This document shows, in pieces, positions 1 through 12,517 of a stretch of DNA of 64,000 nucleotides (positions within the stretch are counted from its first letter, which is position 1; each line of letters opens with the position of its first letter). This DNA is from Nemertoderma westbladi (taxonomy: Eukaryota > Animalia > Xenacoelomorpha): positions 1 to 64,000 of the forward strand of contig JAUCBJ010003949.1 of NCBI GenBank assembly GCA_032718475.1. The letters run 5' to 3'. Both the position numbers and the translations under genes were made by a program. The notes below the pieces were generated by a model that saw nothing but the letters and a program-made list of their open reading frames with translations, made no database searches and was not told where the DNA came from.

Positions 1-54
1 GAAGACATATAGATTTGGCGGGTTAAACTGCCAAAGGTCTTAAAAGCGCGAACA
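1..54 (+). repeat. 3' end of the 5' LTR
   Basis: Exact 54-bp match to 9070-9123; the match stops after ...GCGCGAACA. Confidence 0.9.
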
Positions 55-334
55 GTAACAGTTATAGCTTCTTGATTGCGGCGTAAGCAATCAAGTTGAT
101 AGTACCGGTCGACCGGTAACCAGTAGGCCTGACTGCCTGATCATCCGGACCGGTACTTACTTACAGTACAGGTACAGCAGTACTATTTCGATTGTGATAT
201 TGTATATTGTAGGCTGCTAGGGGATTAGGGATTGATCACCCCTTATTCCTTTGCATGGTTTACTTATTTCTGTCAGTTTTATTTACTAGTAGGCTAATAT
301 TGAGCAAAAGACGTGTAAACCTGCTCAGATTGTA

Positions 335-905
335 CAGATAATTTGTAGGCTGGACTGTTGTCTGACTGTTGATAGGTCTGAACGGATTGCAGTGCATGTA
401 GAGTGTATGTCCGATAAAGTGCCGGTTAGAAATGTAGGGGCAGCCAGAGCTGTAAGGTAAATCCCCCACCGAAAGAATAAGTCGTACTACTAGGTTAGAA
501 CGCATACTAACTAACCATTTCGGAGTCTGCATGTCCTGTAGTTTATTTAGGCTTAATAGTAGTCTGCCAGCGTTTGGTCTGTACTTTGTTTGTGTAGTCT
601 GTACGGGTAGCGTATAATTTTATTTAGATAATTTGTAGGCTGGATAGTTGTCTGACTGTTGTTGGGTTTGAGGAAATTTCGGTGTGTGTAGAGCATCTGT
701 CCGATAAAGTGTTGGGAACGTAGGGGCTTCAAGTGCTGTGAGGTAAACCCCCTGTGAAGGAATAAGTCGTACTACTAGGTTAGAACGCATACTAACTAAT
801 CATTTCGGAGTCTGCATATACCGTAGTTTGTTTAGGCTTGATAGTAGTCTGTCAGTATTTGGTCTGCATTTTGTTTGAGTAGTTTGTACGCGTAGCGTAA
901 TATTT
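335..905 (+). repeat. Diverged ~290-bp tandem duplication in the long 5' leader of the LTR element
   Basis: AGATAATTTGTAGGCTGGA at about 336 and 626; AATAAGTCGTACTACTAGGTTAGAACGCATACTAACTAA occurs in both copies. Confidence 0.85.
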
Positions 906-2252
906 ATTATTCAGAGTTTATGCGATTATTCGCAACATTCATATCCCCAAGTTTATTCCTACAGTAATTGTGTTTGTTATACATACCGTTATAGTTAAAC
1001 TAACCCCGGTACTACATCAGGGCTGCTCGGCGTAGGTAAAGACTGGAGATTTTGTGCTTTGGTCACTCCGGCAGATACCGTGGTTCTTTTAGCTGTTCAA
1101 GTATTTTTAACTACTGATTATTTGTTGTACAAGTACTTGTACCTAATTTAGGGTTTAGTGTACAGTGCTTTCCGAAAGCAATTAGTGTGTAGGCAGTATA
1201 TTTGTGTTGTAAAGTGGTTAATAGGCACGTTGGTTCTGGTAGACCGCGGTAATTAATCTCTAGGTAGGAACACTCCGTGATACATAACGTAGTACCTATA
1301 GCGATACGGTTATAGGTCGTCAGGCGGTGGTATTTTCCTATCTGGACAACGCAGTATATTTACTACTACTTATTATTTTCAAATACCGTAGTAACCTGTC
1401 CGTCGTAATAACCAGATATTCTAACCCTTTGTTAGGCTGGTTTGTAGATTCCCTGTAAAATTACCCTAAAAATTCGTATTTGTGTATTTGTAATTTTTGT
1501 GTTTATTTAGAGATTGTAATCTCACCCAGATTGTACGTAATTTGTAGTAATAAGTAACTTAGGTAAATTAGAATTATTTGTTTTAGTGTCCAATAATTAG
1601 CACTTCACTGAGAGCGCACAGCTTTTGTGTAGTGATTAATTCCCAGAAATAATAACATCTATTTCAATATTGTAACAAAACCCCTCATACGGGTACATAT
1701 AAATCCACTAAATCTATTAATAAAATAGTAGGCCTGTTATACAACACTTAGGTCTTAATATCAGTTGGACTGCTGCTCAAATAACGGTAATAAAGTAAGT
1801 AAAGTAACCAAGTAACCCCTAACATTCAGAAATTCAATTATTTTTAAAATAATTGACATACCGGTATTTACAATAGGCTTATTATATTTATTCTATAAAT
1901 TTACTGATTTAGGCTGAAATCATACCGGTATTCTGTAATTAATTCTAGTCTGTAATAATTATACTTATATATACTATAAGTGTCAGCTGTATACCGGTAT
2001 TCACGATAGGCCTATTATATATTTATATATAGTTGTGCTAAAATTATATACCGGTACTCTGTGACAAATCTAGTCTGTAATAATACTTATATATATACTA
2101 TAAGCATACCGGTATTCTAATATATTATATATATATCACGCTACACTGAGTAGCAGTATCGGTAATTAATTATTAGGCTAACAGTGATACTGAATTACTA
2201 GACTTACTTTAGCTGTATTTATAGCCGTAGGCATTCAACTGTGTAAACAAAC

Positions 2253-2963
2253 ATGTCTGACACAAAACGGGCACTGTCAGATAGTCTTTTGGAAGGTGTT
2301 AGAATGAGTCTTAGACTTGGACAGGGTCTTGAAAGGAAGATGGCAGAGGCAATGGCAACAGCAGAAGCGGAAAGAAAGGCGGCAGAGACAATGGCAACAG
2401 CAGAAGCGGAAAGAAAGGCGGCAGAGGCAATGGCAACAGTAGAAGCGGAAAGAAAGATAGAGACACCTGTACTCCCAGAACCTGCCTATAAATTCCCTTT
2501 GTACAGTACTAAACTACCTGTGCCCAGTAGGACTGTTCCCGAGTCCGAACCCATCCTGGACGCCGAGCGAGATATTAAGAATTTATCGCCCGTCGTCTCT
2601 CGCTTGCCCGCTACTACGTTGGCGACTCCCGCTTCGGCGGTCGAGTGGGTAGCTGAGGGACGACGGGAGATGGGTCTCCTGCTCGAGCAGCTGAGGGAAA
2701 ACTGTTTGTGCTCCTCTCAGCAGGTCCGGGAAATGGAAGAGACTGTTCAGCAGCTCAAGGGAACAGTCAGGGAAAGTACGTTAGAGTTGCAAAAGGTGCA
2801 GCAAAGTATCGCGTTAGAACGCGATAAATTAGTCAATTTACAAAAGGGTATACCACCACCCCCTGTAACAATGTGTCAACCCGTTAGGTCTGAAGTATCT
2901 CATGCGCAAGGTGTGGAGCATACACGCATCTATCTACGCAGAAAACACCGGAAAACAAGGTAA
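2253..2963 (+). CDS. N-terminal gag-region ORF of the BEL/Pao element (coiled-coil, with a 13-aa MATAEAERKAAEx repeat x3)
   Basis: 236-aa ATG ORF directly upstream of the Zn-knuckle frame, overlapping it in a -1 relationship (that frame is open from 2894). Contains a 39-bp tandem repeat at about 2352-2455. Confidence 0.6.
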   Translation: MSDTKRALSDSLLEGVRMSLRLGQGLERKMAEAMATAEAERKAAETMATAEAERKAAEAMATVEAERKIETPVLPEPAYKFPLYSTKLPVPSRTVPESEPILDAERDIKNLSPVVSRLPATTLATPASAVEWVAEGRREMGLLLEQLRENCLCSSQQVREMEETVQQLKGTVRESTLELQKVQQSIALERDKLVNLQKGIPPPPVTMCQPVRSEVSHAQGVEHTRIYLRRKHRKTR

Positions 2964-2998
2964 GTGAGAAACCCGTCTCTAGGAGAAAGGTAACACCA

Positions 2999-4678
2999 GT
3001 GTGTTATACAGACGACGGCGAAAGCCAGACTGCTCAAGGAGAGGATAGCGGGAAAGACACTGAAAGATCTTACTATGACAACAAAGCGACTAAGGACGTA
3101 AGTAAATTCAAGTCTCGAACCAATGACAGGAGAGAACAGGTAAGAAAAACTCCTCCTACGTCTCCCAAGAGAATTCAGGTGAGAAAGCCCGAGGAAAGAA
3201 CGAGCGTGCACCACACAGCACATGTTAAAGTAAGTAACATCAAGCCCAAATGTGTGTTGTGCGACGGGCCCCACCGTTTGAATATGTGTGATAAATTCCT
3301 AAAGAAATCATTAAAGGATAGACGTGAAGTCATGTGGGATAAGCGGTTGTGTTATAATTGCCTCAGACGAGGACACCAACGGCGAACCTGTTACTCCGAC
3401 GCAAGGTGTGCGAAGTGCGGCGCGAAACATCATATTTTGTTGCACACCGAATTCGAAAGAAACAGCCCGAGTCAGGTAAGTGAGTCCAAACTACATGTCC
3501 AATTCAGTGATGTGAACGACACTGACCAAAGTTCTGAGATGGAAGGATTCTATACGGACGAATTCTCAGACGAAAACGAATCCTGTTACTTAATAAATAC
3601 CGCAGTGTATCGAGCACTTACGCATGAGAAGGAAACCGACAGTGAGCTCCCCCTAACTACTTCTGACAGACAACCATCTTGGAAAGCGCCACCTTCCAAT
3701 GTAGGAATCCGAGAATTTCCTGTAGTCCAGGTAAGGGTCCACGGACCTAAAAGGAGTTATGTAGTGAACGCCCTCCTTGACTCCGGTAGTACAGGAACAT
3801 TCATCGACAAAGAACTAGCCTAAGACATCTTTGCTGGACAACCCAAGTTCCGAACTAAGCTAAACATGTCAGGAATTATGCAGGATTGGAAATCTACAGT
3901 AATCGCGGATTATTATGTAGGTGCGTTGTCCACCCCCCAGGATGAACTAGGAGAACACAGCATAAGGTCAGTAAAAATGGTAGCGATAAAGAACTTCGCG
4001 ACCAGCCAAGAGGAACCTTATAACTGGGATGAGGACGATTTCACCCAGCAGCTTGAAATACCTAGATTCAACACCGATTACCCTGGAGTCCAAATACTCA
4101 TTGGTCAAAATGCGCATGAAGCGCTCGAGACATTGGAGAAACGGCCTGCTCAACCGCAACCACTACAAGTCTATGCGGGAAGAACTAGAGTAGGTTGGTA
4201 CTTTACTGGCCCTTCTCGTAGAACTCTTATAGAAAGATTACCAAAAGAACAGGTATATCAATTAAGTGAACGGGAAGTGGAGAGCAGTGAAGTTGACGAC
4301 CCAACTGAGGGAACACCATACTCCTCAGATAATGACGACATCAACTCCAATGTAGATCAATGGAGACATTGCCCCGAGACGATCAATCTAGCCGACATCG
4401 CCTCCAGAGGAGCAACTCCTCAAGAACTGACAGATACTCCAGACTGGTTAGGTGGACCCGACTTCCTAAGTAAAGAAGATGAATGGCCTCCTCAGCTTAT
4501 CCCGGTGAAGATTAGACAGGCCAAGGGAGCGGAGAAAGTAACACAACCACATCGCCCAGCTGGTCGTTTATGTTTACCGGAAAGAGACCGAAAACTGTCC
4601 GGAAACTATGGAAGGCAAGATACTCTTCCCACGACCACCTCCCTAATCCAACAAATATCTAGGGACTCCATAACGTAA
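2999..4678 (+). pseudogene. BEL/Pao gag-pol remnant: Zn knuckles and protease, fused to RNase H C-terminal and integrase C-terminal motifs; RT and integrase core deleted
   Basis: Motifs CVLCDGPHRLNMC, CYNCLRRGHQRRTC, CAKCGAKHHILLH and ALLDSGS. In-frame TAA at 3821. The same frame continues with ILIGQN, RTRVGWYFTG, QWRHCPETINLADIASRG...WLGGPDFL...EWP, then VKIRQAKG...RPAGRLCL. No YVDD or DDE core is visible. Confidence 0.85.
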
Positions 4679-6296
4679 CAACATACGGAGTGGGTGTGTG
4701 ACTATATTATTTTATATTTATTTTTATTATTTTATATTTATGTATGTATTATTATGTAATTTTATTATAATCGTTTTATTTAATTTTGTAGCATGTTATT
4801 TTAGCGATTATTTAGTAGATTAGTGCAATATATTCGCATTTATTACGTAATTACTTATATTATATATTTAGTGCGACGGCGAGAAACAATTCTTTTTCTC
4901 TTTCCTTACTGTCCGTATTACATTATAAATACGTAACTACAGTAAGATGAAATCTCCGTACTTATTGAAGTACAATAAAGCCACTACTATATTCAAGTAT
5001 TATTGGTAGGCAGAGTATTAGGAATGCAAAGTTCAGATCCTCGTGTCTCGGCTAAACCAAGCTCTGGATAGACCTTGGAAACGACTTGCCTCTTCACACT
5101 GACATTGCTTCGTGCAATATTGCTCTCATACCGTATATTAAATAATACATATAGTAGCGTGATGTCCCTTTAACAGTAGCGTAAAACGCAAAATAAATCT
5201 GTTAAACCCTTTGACCATCTGCAATTCTAGTCGATTAAGATATCGCGGCACCCACCGATATACTTGAAAGACAAAATTCTAGAATTAGTGGTTAACGTCC
5301 CCAGACAAGTTCTGGAATAAACTGGTGCCCATCCTAAATATTAATTATTAATATTTACAAAATCTGTCAAATTTTAGATCCTTTAACATTCTAGTCGATT
5401 AAGATATCGTAGCACTTACCGATACTCTTAAAAAGACAAAATTCCTAGAATCAAGGATCCCAGTCCCCAGACACGTTCTGGAATAAAATTACGTCTATTT
5501 AACATTAAATAATAAAATTTACGGGAATAAATTTAAATTCATATATTTCAATGACTTTAATAAATTGTCATTTTGTACAATTTATAACATTCCCAAAATT
5601 CCATTAATTAATAGATCATGGGAGCGGAGATTCACTCTATTAAGTGTATTTGTGTGCGAGAATCTCCAATATATAGTCAATAGCCGATAAAATTCATAAA
5701 ATCATATATAGAGAGGATATTGACAATTAAAGAATTACTATTAAATAGCATCCCAGATCTGTATGCATGGGAATTACCCTAATTCTACCGCTAGCTTTCC
5801 ATAATGTCACCATGGCAACAACCACGCTAGAATTAGAAGCGAGTTAACAGAACAATAAAAAGCTTGCTCATTGAATAGCATACGGAATAAATAGCACACC
5901 GCTAGTATCCAAGGATACATAATAACAACGTGACATTCTGGAAGGCACTTGACTAACGGACAAATGACTCGAATGTGTGATAGAATGTGTACCATTTGTG
6001 ACAGTTACGTGGAATTTGTGCGTTTGTAGGTGAATGTCACTACTAAGGTGTGTTTACAGTAGCGAGTCGCAATTGTGAAAGTAACCCTAACTCTCCAGTA
6101 AGAACCTGAAGTATATCTAAGCCTTTGGGACGGACGGTGGAGTGACTTGTGCTGGTTGTTGTAGTCGTTGTGCAGCTACGACGTTGGCGATAGGCACCTC
6201 GACGAAAGTACACCAGCGCTGAGGATCTCGCACTGTCCGGGGGCAGAGAGGGGTAGGCAGCGACGCCCGCTCGCCTAAATATAAACTCATTATAAT

Positions 6297-7897
6297 ATGG
6301 ATAAACTTATATAGCAGATATGATTGAGTTGATAGAAGATGATCTTGGTATCAGGGAGCGATATACTCTACCTTTACAAGCGTTTGTTGATAGCTTGATA
6401 CGCGGCGACGCTGGTCCAACTACTACGGAGGGCGATGGTCGTTATATCTAACTGCCAATGTCCCGGGAGCAACTTGAGCGTGGGTTGGACTGTAGAAAAT
6501 TCACCGCTCGCTATACGCATCGTAATGGTACGTATATGGACTTCTTAACTACTGGTCATCCTATCGACCTACACGATACGAACGATATAGACCCCAAAAG
6601 GGAAATGGTTTTATTTAAATATCATACCCAGCGGAAGCGGAACGATAAAATGAGACTCGAACACGAAAATTCTATTCGAAACCGACTCGAAAGTGCAGAT
6701 GTCGAAGAGCCGGATAAACGCAGCGACTTCACCAAAATATCTGGAATTCTTGAGAGAAGCCTATCTTGATATTACCAGTCAACAGAATCTAGAAACTCGA
6801 TATCCTCAAGGTATACATCATGACCGCATGGTAGAACTCAAACAGCTCTATTCCACTATGATGTATCTTACCGTCGATCGACCGCTACCTGTTGTACCGG
6901 ATAGCTTCGAACGGATGGAGGAATATTGTAAGCTGGAGAAAGATCACTCGCGTTTCCCCTATAAGACGTGCGTCTTTGGTATTATTGAGATGAATGCCCT
7001 AGACCCAACCAACAAACGGAAAGATATAAACATCCGCGGAGACGTTGCGCTAAACACGGTTTTACTCGCTATACTTACGGGAGTTTCGAGCGAAACTTGT
7101 TCGATGTATCACCTACGCTCGCTCGGCTCAAACGATCCTTAAATAAACCTATGATCAGAGTTCCGGAATACTCGATCAGACCTCCTCATTCCCTAGTGAG
7201 ACCTCAAGCTCTTGATCTTAATAGTATGACGGATCCTCCTGAACTGTATTCATTGTTTAAAGATCTAGTGTTACCCGAGCAATTAGTCGGTGGCACTCCG
7301 GTTGTGGGCTCCCTAAATATCCGCCCATCTTACCTGGCCGGATTGGGGCACGGACACCTGATATCGCCATTCAACCGTATAATCGTAATCGTCCCCATTT
7401 AACACGATACAACCGTCATCAAGGTGGAGGAGAGCGTTGTACGAAACGAGTTAAACGCTATTCTACAAAGATCAGAAAAGAAACCTACGTTTGTTCAGAT
7501 AAACTTAAATTATAACGGCAAGTCCAAGCGGTAAACGGATTGGCTTTATCCCAGTTCGATTGGGAAATCCAGAATCTCTAAGACGATATTGAGCTTGGAT
7601 GACCCTATTCTCGGCGAGAGTTTGGACGAACGTATCCAACGATGAGCGGAGGAAAATCAGCTTGAGGAGAAGCATGTCGAAACGGCGGATACCCCGACCA
7701 TAATCCTACACCTTATGATGCAATCACATTGCACCCTTCACCCAGGAGTTATGGCCCTCCTAGTAAAGTGGCTCCCCCCAAAGCGAAAAGGACTCTTGCT
7801 AGCTTTAAAAAACTGCGTAAACGCCGTCCACGCAAGACAGACTAACTGTTTAGGGTATTTTTATATTTTAGAAACTGTGATTTTTTATATTTTATAG
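6297..7897 (+). pseudogene. Decayed additional ORF (about 530 codons) of unknown function between pol and the 3' LTR
   Basis: ORF-track segments at 6458, 6693, 7097 and 7715 chain into one reading through frameshifts (about 6312, 6735, 7097) and in-frame stops at 6449, 7400, 7532 and 7643. Composition is coding-like against the AT-rich flanks. Confidence 0.55.
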
Positions 7898-7915
7898 AAT
7901 TAAATCCCATTTTCT

Positions 7916-7923
7916 GGGAGCGG
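7916..7923 (+). promoter_or_regulatory. Polypurine tract (GGGAGCGG)
   Basis: Purine-rich tract immediately before the TG start of the inferred 3' LTR. Confidence 0.6.
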
Positions 7924-9123
7924 TGTAAAAGCTTTTGCGGGATATAACTGGCCCTTTTGCTTCGCAATCCAGTTTCCCTTAATGCGCTCAAATACTCTAA
8001 AGAAAAACTCCCTAACTCAAAGGATGAAAGCTACCGGCTGATTGGCTGATTTGCCTAGCGACGGCCTCTTTGTTGGGTTCGATCAACCAACCAGAGCAAG
8101 GTCAACCAAGCAGAGCGATTCAGCCTTATGTTGGCTAAATCAATGTAATTGGCTGCAAAGGCTAGGGTGGTTTGGCATTTTAGACGATTTGGAACCTGTG
8201 GAATATGGAACTCTGCCAATGAGAGCTTTTCCTTTCTGTGTTGAAATCTACCTGCAGCAGCTCACAGGGTTCAGTGTGTTGGTTTTCCTGATGCCATGAA
8301 CATCGGCCATGGAATTATTCTGAATTATTCCAACATTAGAACGTCTTTAATTATAAGATCACATAACTGTTACCGGTACATGACCAGCACTGGACAGCGT
8401 GAGGACCGGTACGGTACCTGCTGCTGTATTGCACATTATTTACTGCTATTTGCTGTTTGTTATTAAATGTATCATTCGTTTGCATATTGTTATTTGGAGA
8501 ATAACTATAAACGATCAGAAACCCCGATCTTCTTGATACACTAAGGTTAGAGAGACCGGCTACATATAGCAATTGCGGCTTATATTATCGTGGTTTGTAG
8601 TGTGTAGTGAATTGAATGCTATTTTATAGGCCCTACAAATGCCGGTTGCTATTCTCTTTATATATGATTAAAATCAGTGACTATCGGCAATTCAGTGTGC
8701 AGCGGTGTGCAATAGTCTGTATGTGCTTGTCCGCGTAACAAAGCATCTCCTAAAGAATGCGTCTTATGTGTAACTTATAATCCATTCGTTGTGTTTAGTG
8801 TAAGCCATAGCTCTGTTTATATAGATAGAGCGCCACGTCCTAAAGGAACTGCTAATATTTCCCGAAAGTGAATAATATTTGTCAGAGATTATATATTAAC
8901 GATCAATCGAATAGTACGGTAGGCCTGCACCGCAATCAAATTAAAGCATCCGAATCCAGTCTCCCGGGTATATCCAGCGGGTGAATGGTCGCGCATAGAC
9001 TGGCTTCGGCTAATGTTGGATTTATTTGTGTCAAATACTTGTCATAGGCTAAAGTCGATTTATAACCTAGAAGACATATAGATTTGGCGGGTTAAACTGC
9101 CAAAGGTCTTAAAAGCGCGAACA
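7924..9123 (+). repeat. 3' LTR, about 1200 bp, TG...CA
   Basis: End fixed by identity with 1-54; start inferred from the PPT followed by TGTAAAA. Confidence 0.7.
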
Positions 9124-11690
9124 CCCAGATACACGTTTCGGAGCACCTAACCGCCCACCGAGCCTCTCTACTACGCGAACTCGTTTCTCTAAAGAAATCC
9201 AAGGATCTACACTCTGCTTTCAGTTATAACGGGGCGATCTTGGCCAAGGTCTCTGCGACGGATAAAGTTTTTACCATAACATCCGCTGGAGATATAAAAT
9301 CACTTCTCAAGAAATAGGCATAGTCAGTCAGGATAAAATTTACCAAATATATCTACTAATTCTAGAGTTACATATACAGACACTGGTAATGCTGTCAAGC
9401 AATTGGGACTCCATACCACCTGTCCAAGATCAGAGCTTCTATTATTATGAATCTTGTTACATTCAAATGACCCGATGTTTTGAATGAAAATATGGGTTTT
9501 TCTTCTTTCTTCTTTTTTTTTTATTGTATACGTTGCAATATTCACCAGTGATCTGAGATATTGATTTTGAACGGAAATGTACATCCAAGTGACTTGAGAT
9601 TTTGAATGAAAATATTAATTTTCTTTCTTTTTTTTTAATTTATTGTATATGTTGCAATATTCACCAGTGATCTAAGATATTGATTTTGAACATTCAAGTG
9701 CCTTGAGATTTTGAATGGAAATATTAATTTTCTTTCTTTTTTTTAAATTTATTGTAAATGTTGCAATATTCACCAGTGATCTGAGATATTGATTTTGAAT
9801 AGAAATGTAGACCTTGAACTGAGTATATATTTTTTTTAGAAATTTTTATGACTCAGAGGATCTTGTTCATATACTGATATTTAGTAATACATATCTACTA
9901 AGCATATATTAAATATTTAAAAATAGATTAAAATAATTCATTTTATAATAGACCTCCCCTCCGCCCATACTTATAATATTCTGCTTAAATTTATATTACT
10001 GTTTATTTCTGCCAGTGAATTGTTAACAACGTGCTATATATAGTGGCCTACCTGTCTATATTTTCTTTTTCCGTGCTAAATTGTACTGTTAACGGAGTTT
10101 TATTTGCCGCTCCACCTTTTTGCTCTACTTTATTATTATCTAATGCCATTCAATGACAGACCTGCATCTTGCAACTTTTGTTTTGCACCATTTCAAAAAT
10201 CAGATAAAAAAATTACATGCTCTATTTGTAAATGCGACTACCATTTTCAATGTGGAACATGTGCAGACATATCCTACAACGCTAGTTTATTTTGCATATA
10301 TTGTTACCTAAGTATATTCCCATTTAGCGACATTTCAAACAATGATGATGATATTTTTTCAAAAACGAGAAATGAAGATGATGAACCATTATTGCCGGAA
10401 AATTATGCAGATTGTACCCTACCTACTGTACACACACCATAATACTAATACCTTGATATCTACAGTAAATGACGAACTACAGAAACTGGATGGATGGCTA
10501 ACTGATAACAGACTATCTCTTAATCTAAAGAAAACGGAATACCTAATATTTTCAAACAAAACAAGAAACCACATAAACAGCGTTAAAATAAACAATATAA
10601 ATATTATCATAAAAAATGAAACAAAATTTTTAGGGATTTGGATAGATAACAAATTAACCTGGAAAAGTCACTGCGCATATGTCCTAAAGAAAATTTCTAA
10701 ATCTTGCGGTATTATTCTTCAAAATTCGACACATCTTACCTTTAAATATTTTAAAAATGCTTTATTTCACACTCATTCATCCTTACATATTATACGGCTT
10801 AGTACTATGGGGTAACACTTATAACAAATATATAAACCCCATTCGAATCAAAATAAATAAATTATTATGAGCAATCACCTTCAATCACTATCAAGCGCAC
10901 TCCAACCCGATTTACAAATCCATAAATATTTTGCCAATTGAAAAATTGTATAAATTAGAAGTAGCTAAACTAATGTGGGAGATTCATAATAAGAAAAAGA
11001 AAGAATTCATTTCAACCCGATTCACACAAACATCCCAAATTCACAGTCACGCTACTAGATCCACAACAATGCAGAACTATTTTATTCCCCGTACTAGATT
11101 GCTGTCCACACAAAATTCATTAAATTACAGAGGAACTATTATATGGAACTCACTAAGCATGGAACTAAAACAATGTAAGTCAAAACACTCATAAGCCAAA
11201 AAACTAAAAATATCACTTCTAAATAACCTACAAAATAATAATAAATAAATAACTTATAAACAAACATCACCATCATCACCTCAGTTGAATATTTATCGTC
11301 ATCATCGTTTTCCGTAAAATACTTGAATGTATCTGCACATGTTCTACCACCATAAACACCACTTTACGCAATTCAACTATTATAACAACAACCCATACTG
11401 ATCGCAAGATGTAGAGTACCAAGTTCATTTGAATGGCAATGAACCAGTATATCACGAATTATTTTCCTATCTTTTAGTCAAATAATGCAACACTAGCTAT
11501 GCTACTGCTTTATTTGGCTAATTAAATAACTACACAAATTCTATAGGCTACACAAATTGCAAATAACTGTTCATGTGATATTTCACTAATCAGCTAATAG
11601 GCCTATTTATTCGTGAGATTTCAATTTATAAATAAAACTAATATATGAGCTCATATGAGCTCAATTGATTGATTGATTGATTGATTGATT
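9124..11690 (+). mobile_element. Degraded, internally deleted CR1/L2/Crack-type LINE: ORF1 C-terminus, ORF2 N-terminal PHD finger, RT C-terminus and (GATT)n tail
   Basis: About 9126-9317 reads QIHVSEHLTAHRASLLRELVSLKKSKDLHSAFSYNGAILAK...DIKSLLKK*, an L1-ORF1-like C-terminal domain. A Cys/His PHD pattern begins at about 10170. From about 10420: NDELQKLDGWLTDNRLSLNLKKTEYLIF...KFLGIWIDNKLTWKSH. AATAAA at about 11631 and TTGA repeats at 11665-11690. Confidence 0.8.
9478..9812 (+). repeat. Three ~115-125-bp tandem copies in the LINE inter-ORF region
   Basis: GTTGCAATATTCACCAGTGATCT recurs at about 9532, 9651 and 9760. Confidence 0.85.
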
Positions 11691-12517
11691 ACGGTCTGCG
11701 ATCAGCTGATTTTATTGCAGTACCGGTATTGCTATTATATTACAGTATTACTTGTTCTTCTATATTCTGTGTGTCAGTCGGTCAGTATGTTCAACATTAA
11801 CTGAATTGTTAATTAATATAAAAATGCTGGAAGTGACAAATTACTATATTGTTGTCTTTATTTATGGATTTTATATTGGTGGAAACAGTCTGCAACATTT
11901 CTCCGAGCCGGATAGTTTACTACTTAATCCAGCATGCCTAACTCTGTAACTTCCAGACTGCAGAATTGCTTACCTCAAGTACCGGACCGGTTGACCGGTA
12001 GGCCTACTTATCTACCGATACCACTGTACCAGTTTATGTTTCAACGCTACTTGTATTGGTTCCTAACCTTCATACCTTAACTCATCACTCATCTGATGTC
12101 ATCATGTATAACATAGTTGTTAACTGTTAATTACAATAATAATTAAATGTCAGCTCGACTGGTGGTGCTGCGCGAATCTGCGCGAATATGCGCGAATAAA
12201 CTGAACTAACTACATGTTACCACTGCAGGCTGTCCTGCCTGTCCTATAGTGCCTAATTTACCTTGCTGCACTGAGCAGTTGGTTTAGGCTAATTTAATCT
12301 TATCACTATCAGACTATTTCATTGAAACCGTTGGGTATCTCTGTATTTACGATTTTACTGAACAATGGAAGATGATAAAGTGCAAATAAACTTATTTAAA
12401 GATGAAAGGTCAGTAGAAAGTTGTAGGACTGTATCGTGATCATACTGTATCATGTATCGTTGTATCGTGATCAACAGTCTGCAGATATTGATGTGGATGA
12501 TTTCGCTTATGCAATAA

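Larger units (their letters stand above)
1..9123 (+). mobile_element. BEL/Pao LTR retrotransposon, internally deleted and non-autonomous; 5' LTR cut by the window edge
   Basis: 1-54 is identical to 9070-9123 and both end in ...AACA. The 3' LTR starts TGTAAAA at 7924 after the purine tract GGGAGCGG. Internal frames show the BEL-type triple Zn knuckle, protease LLDSGS, RNase H C-terminal motif and integrase C-terminal motif. Confidence 0.9.

Noticed and set aside
10104-10442. Host PHD-finger gene
   Set aside because: It lies between the LINE ORF1 end and the RT remnant, so it is best explained as the ORF2 N-terminus.
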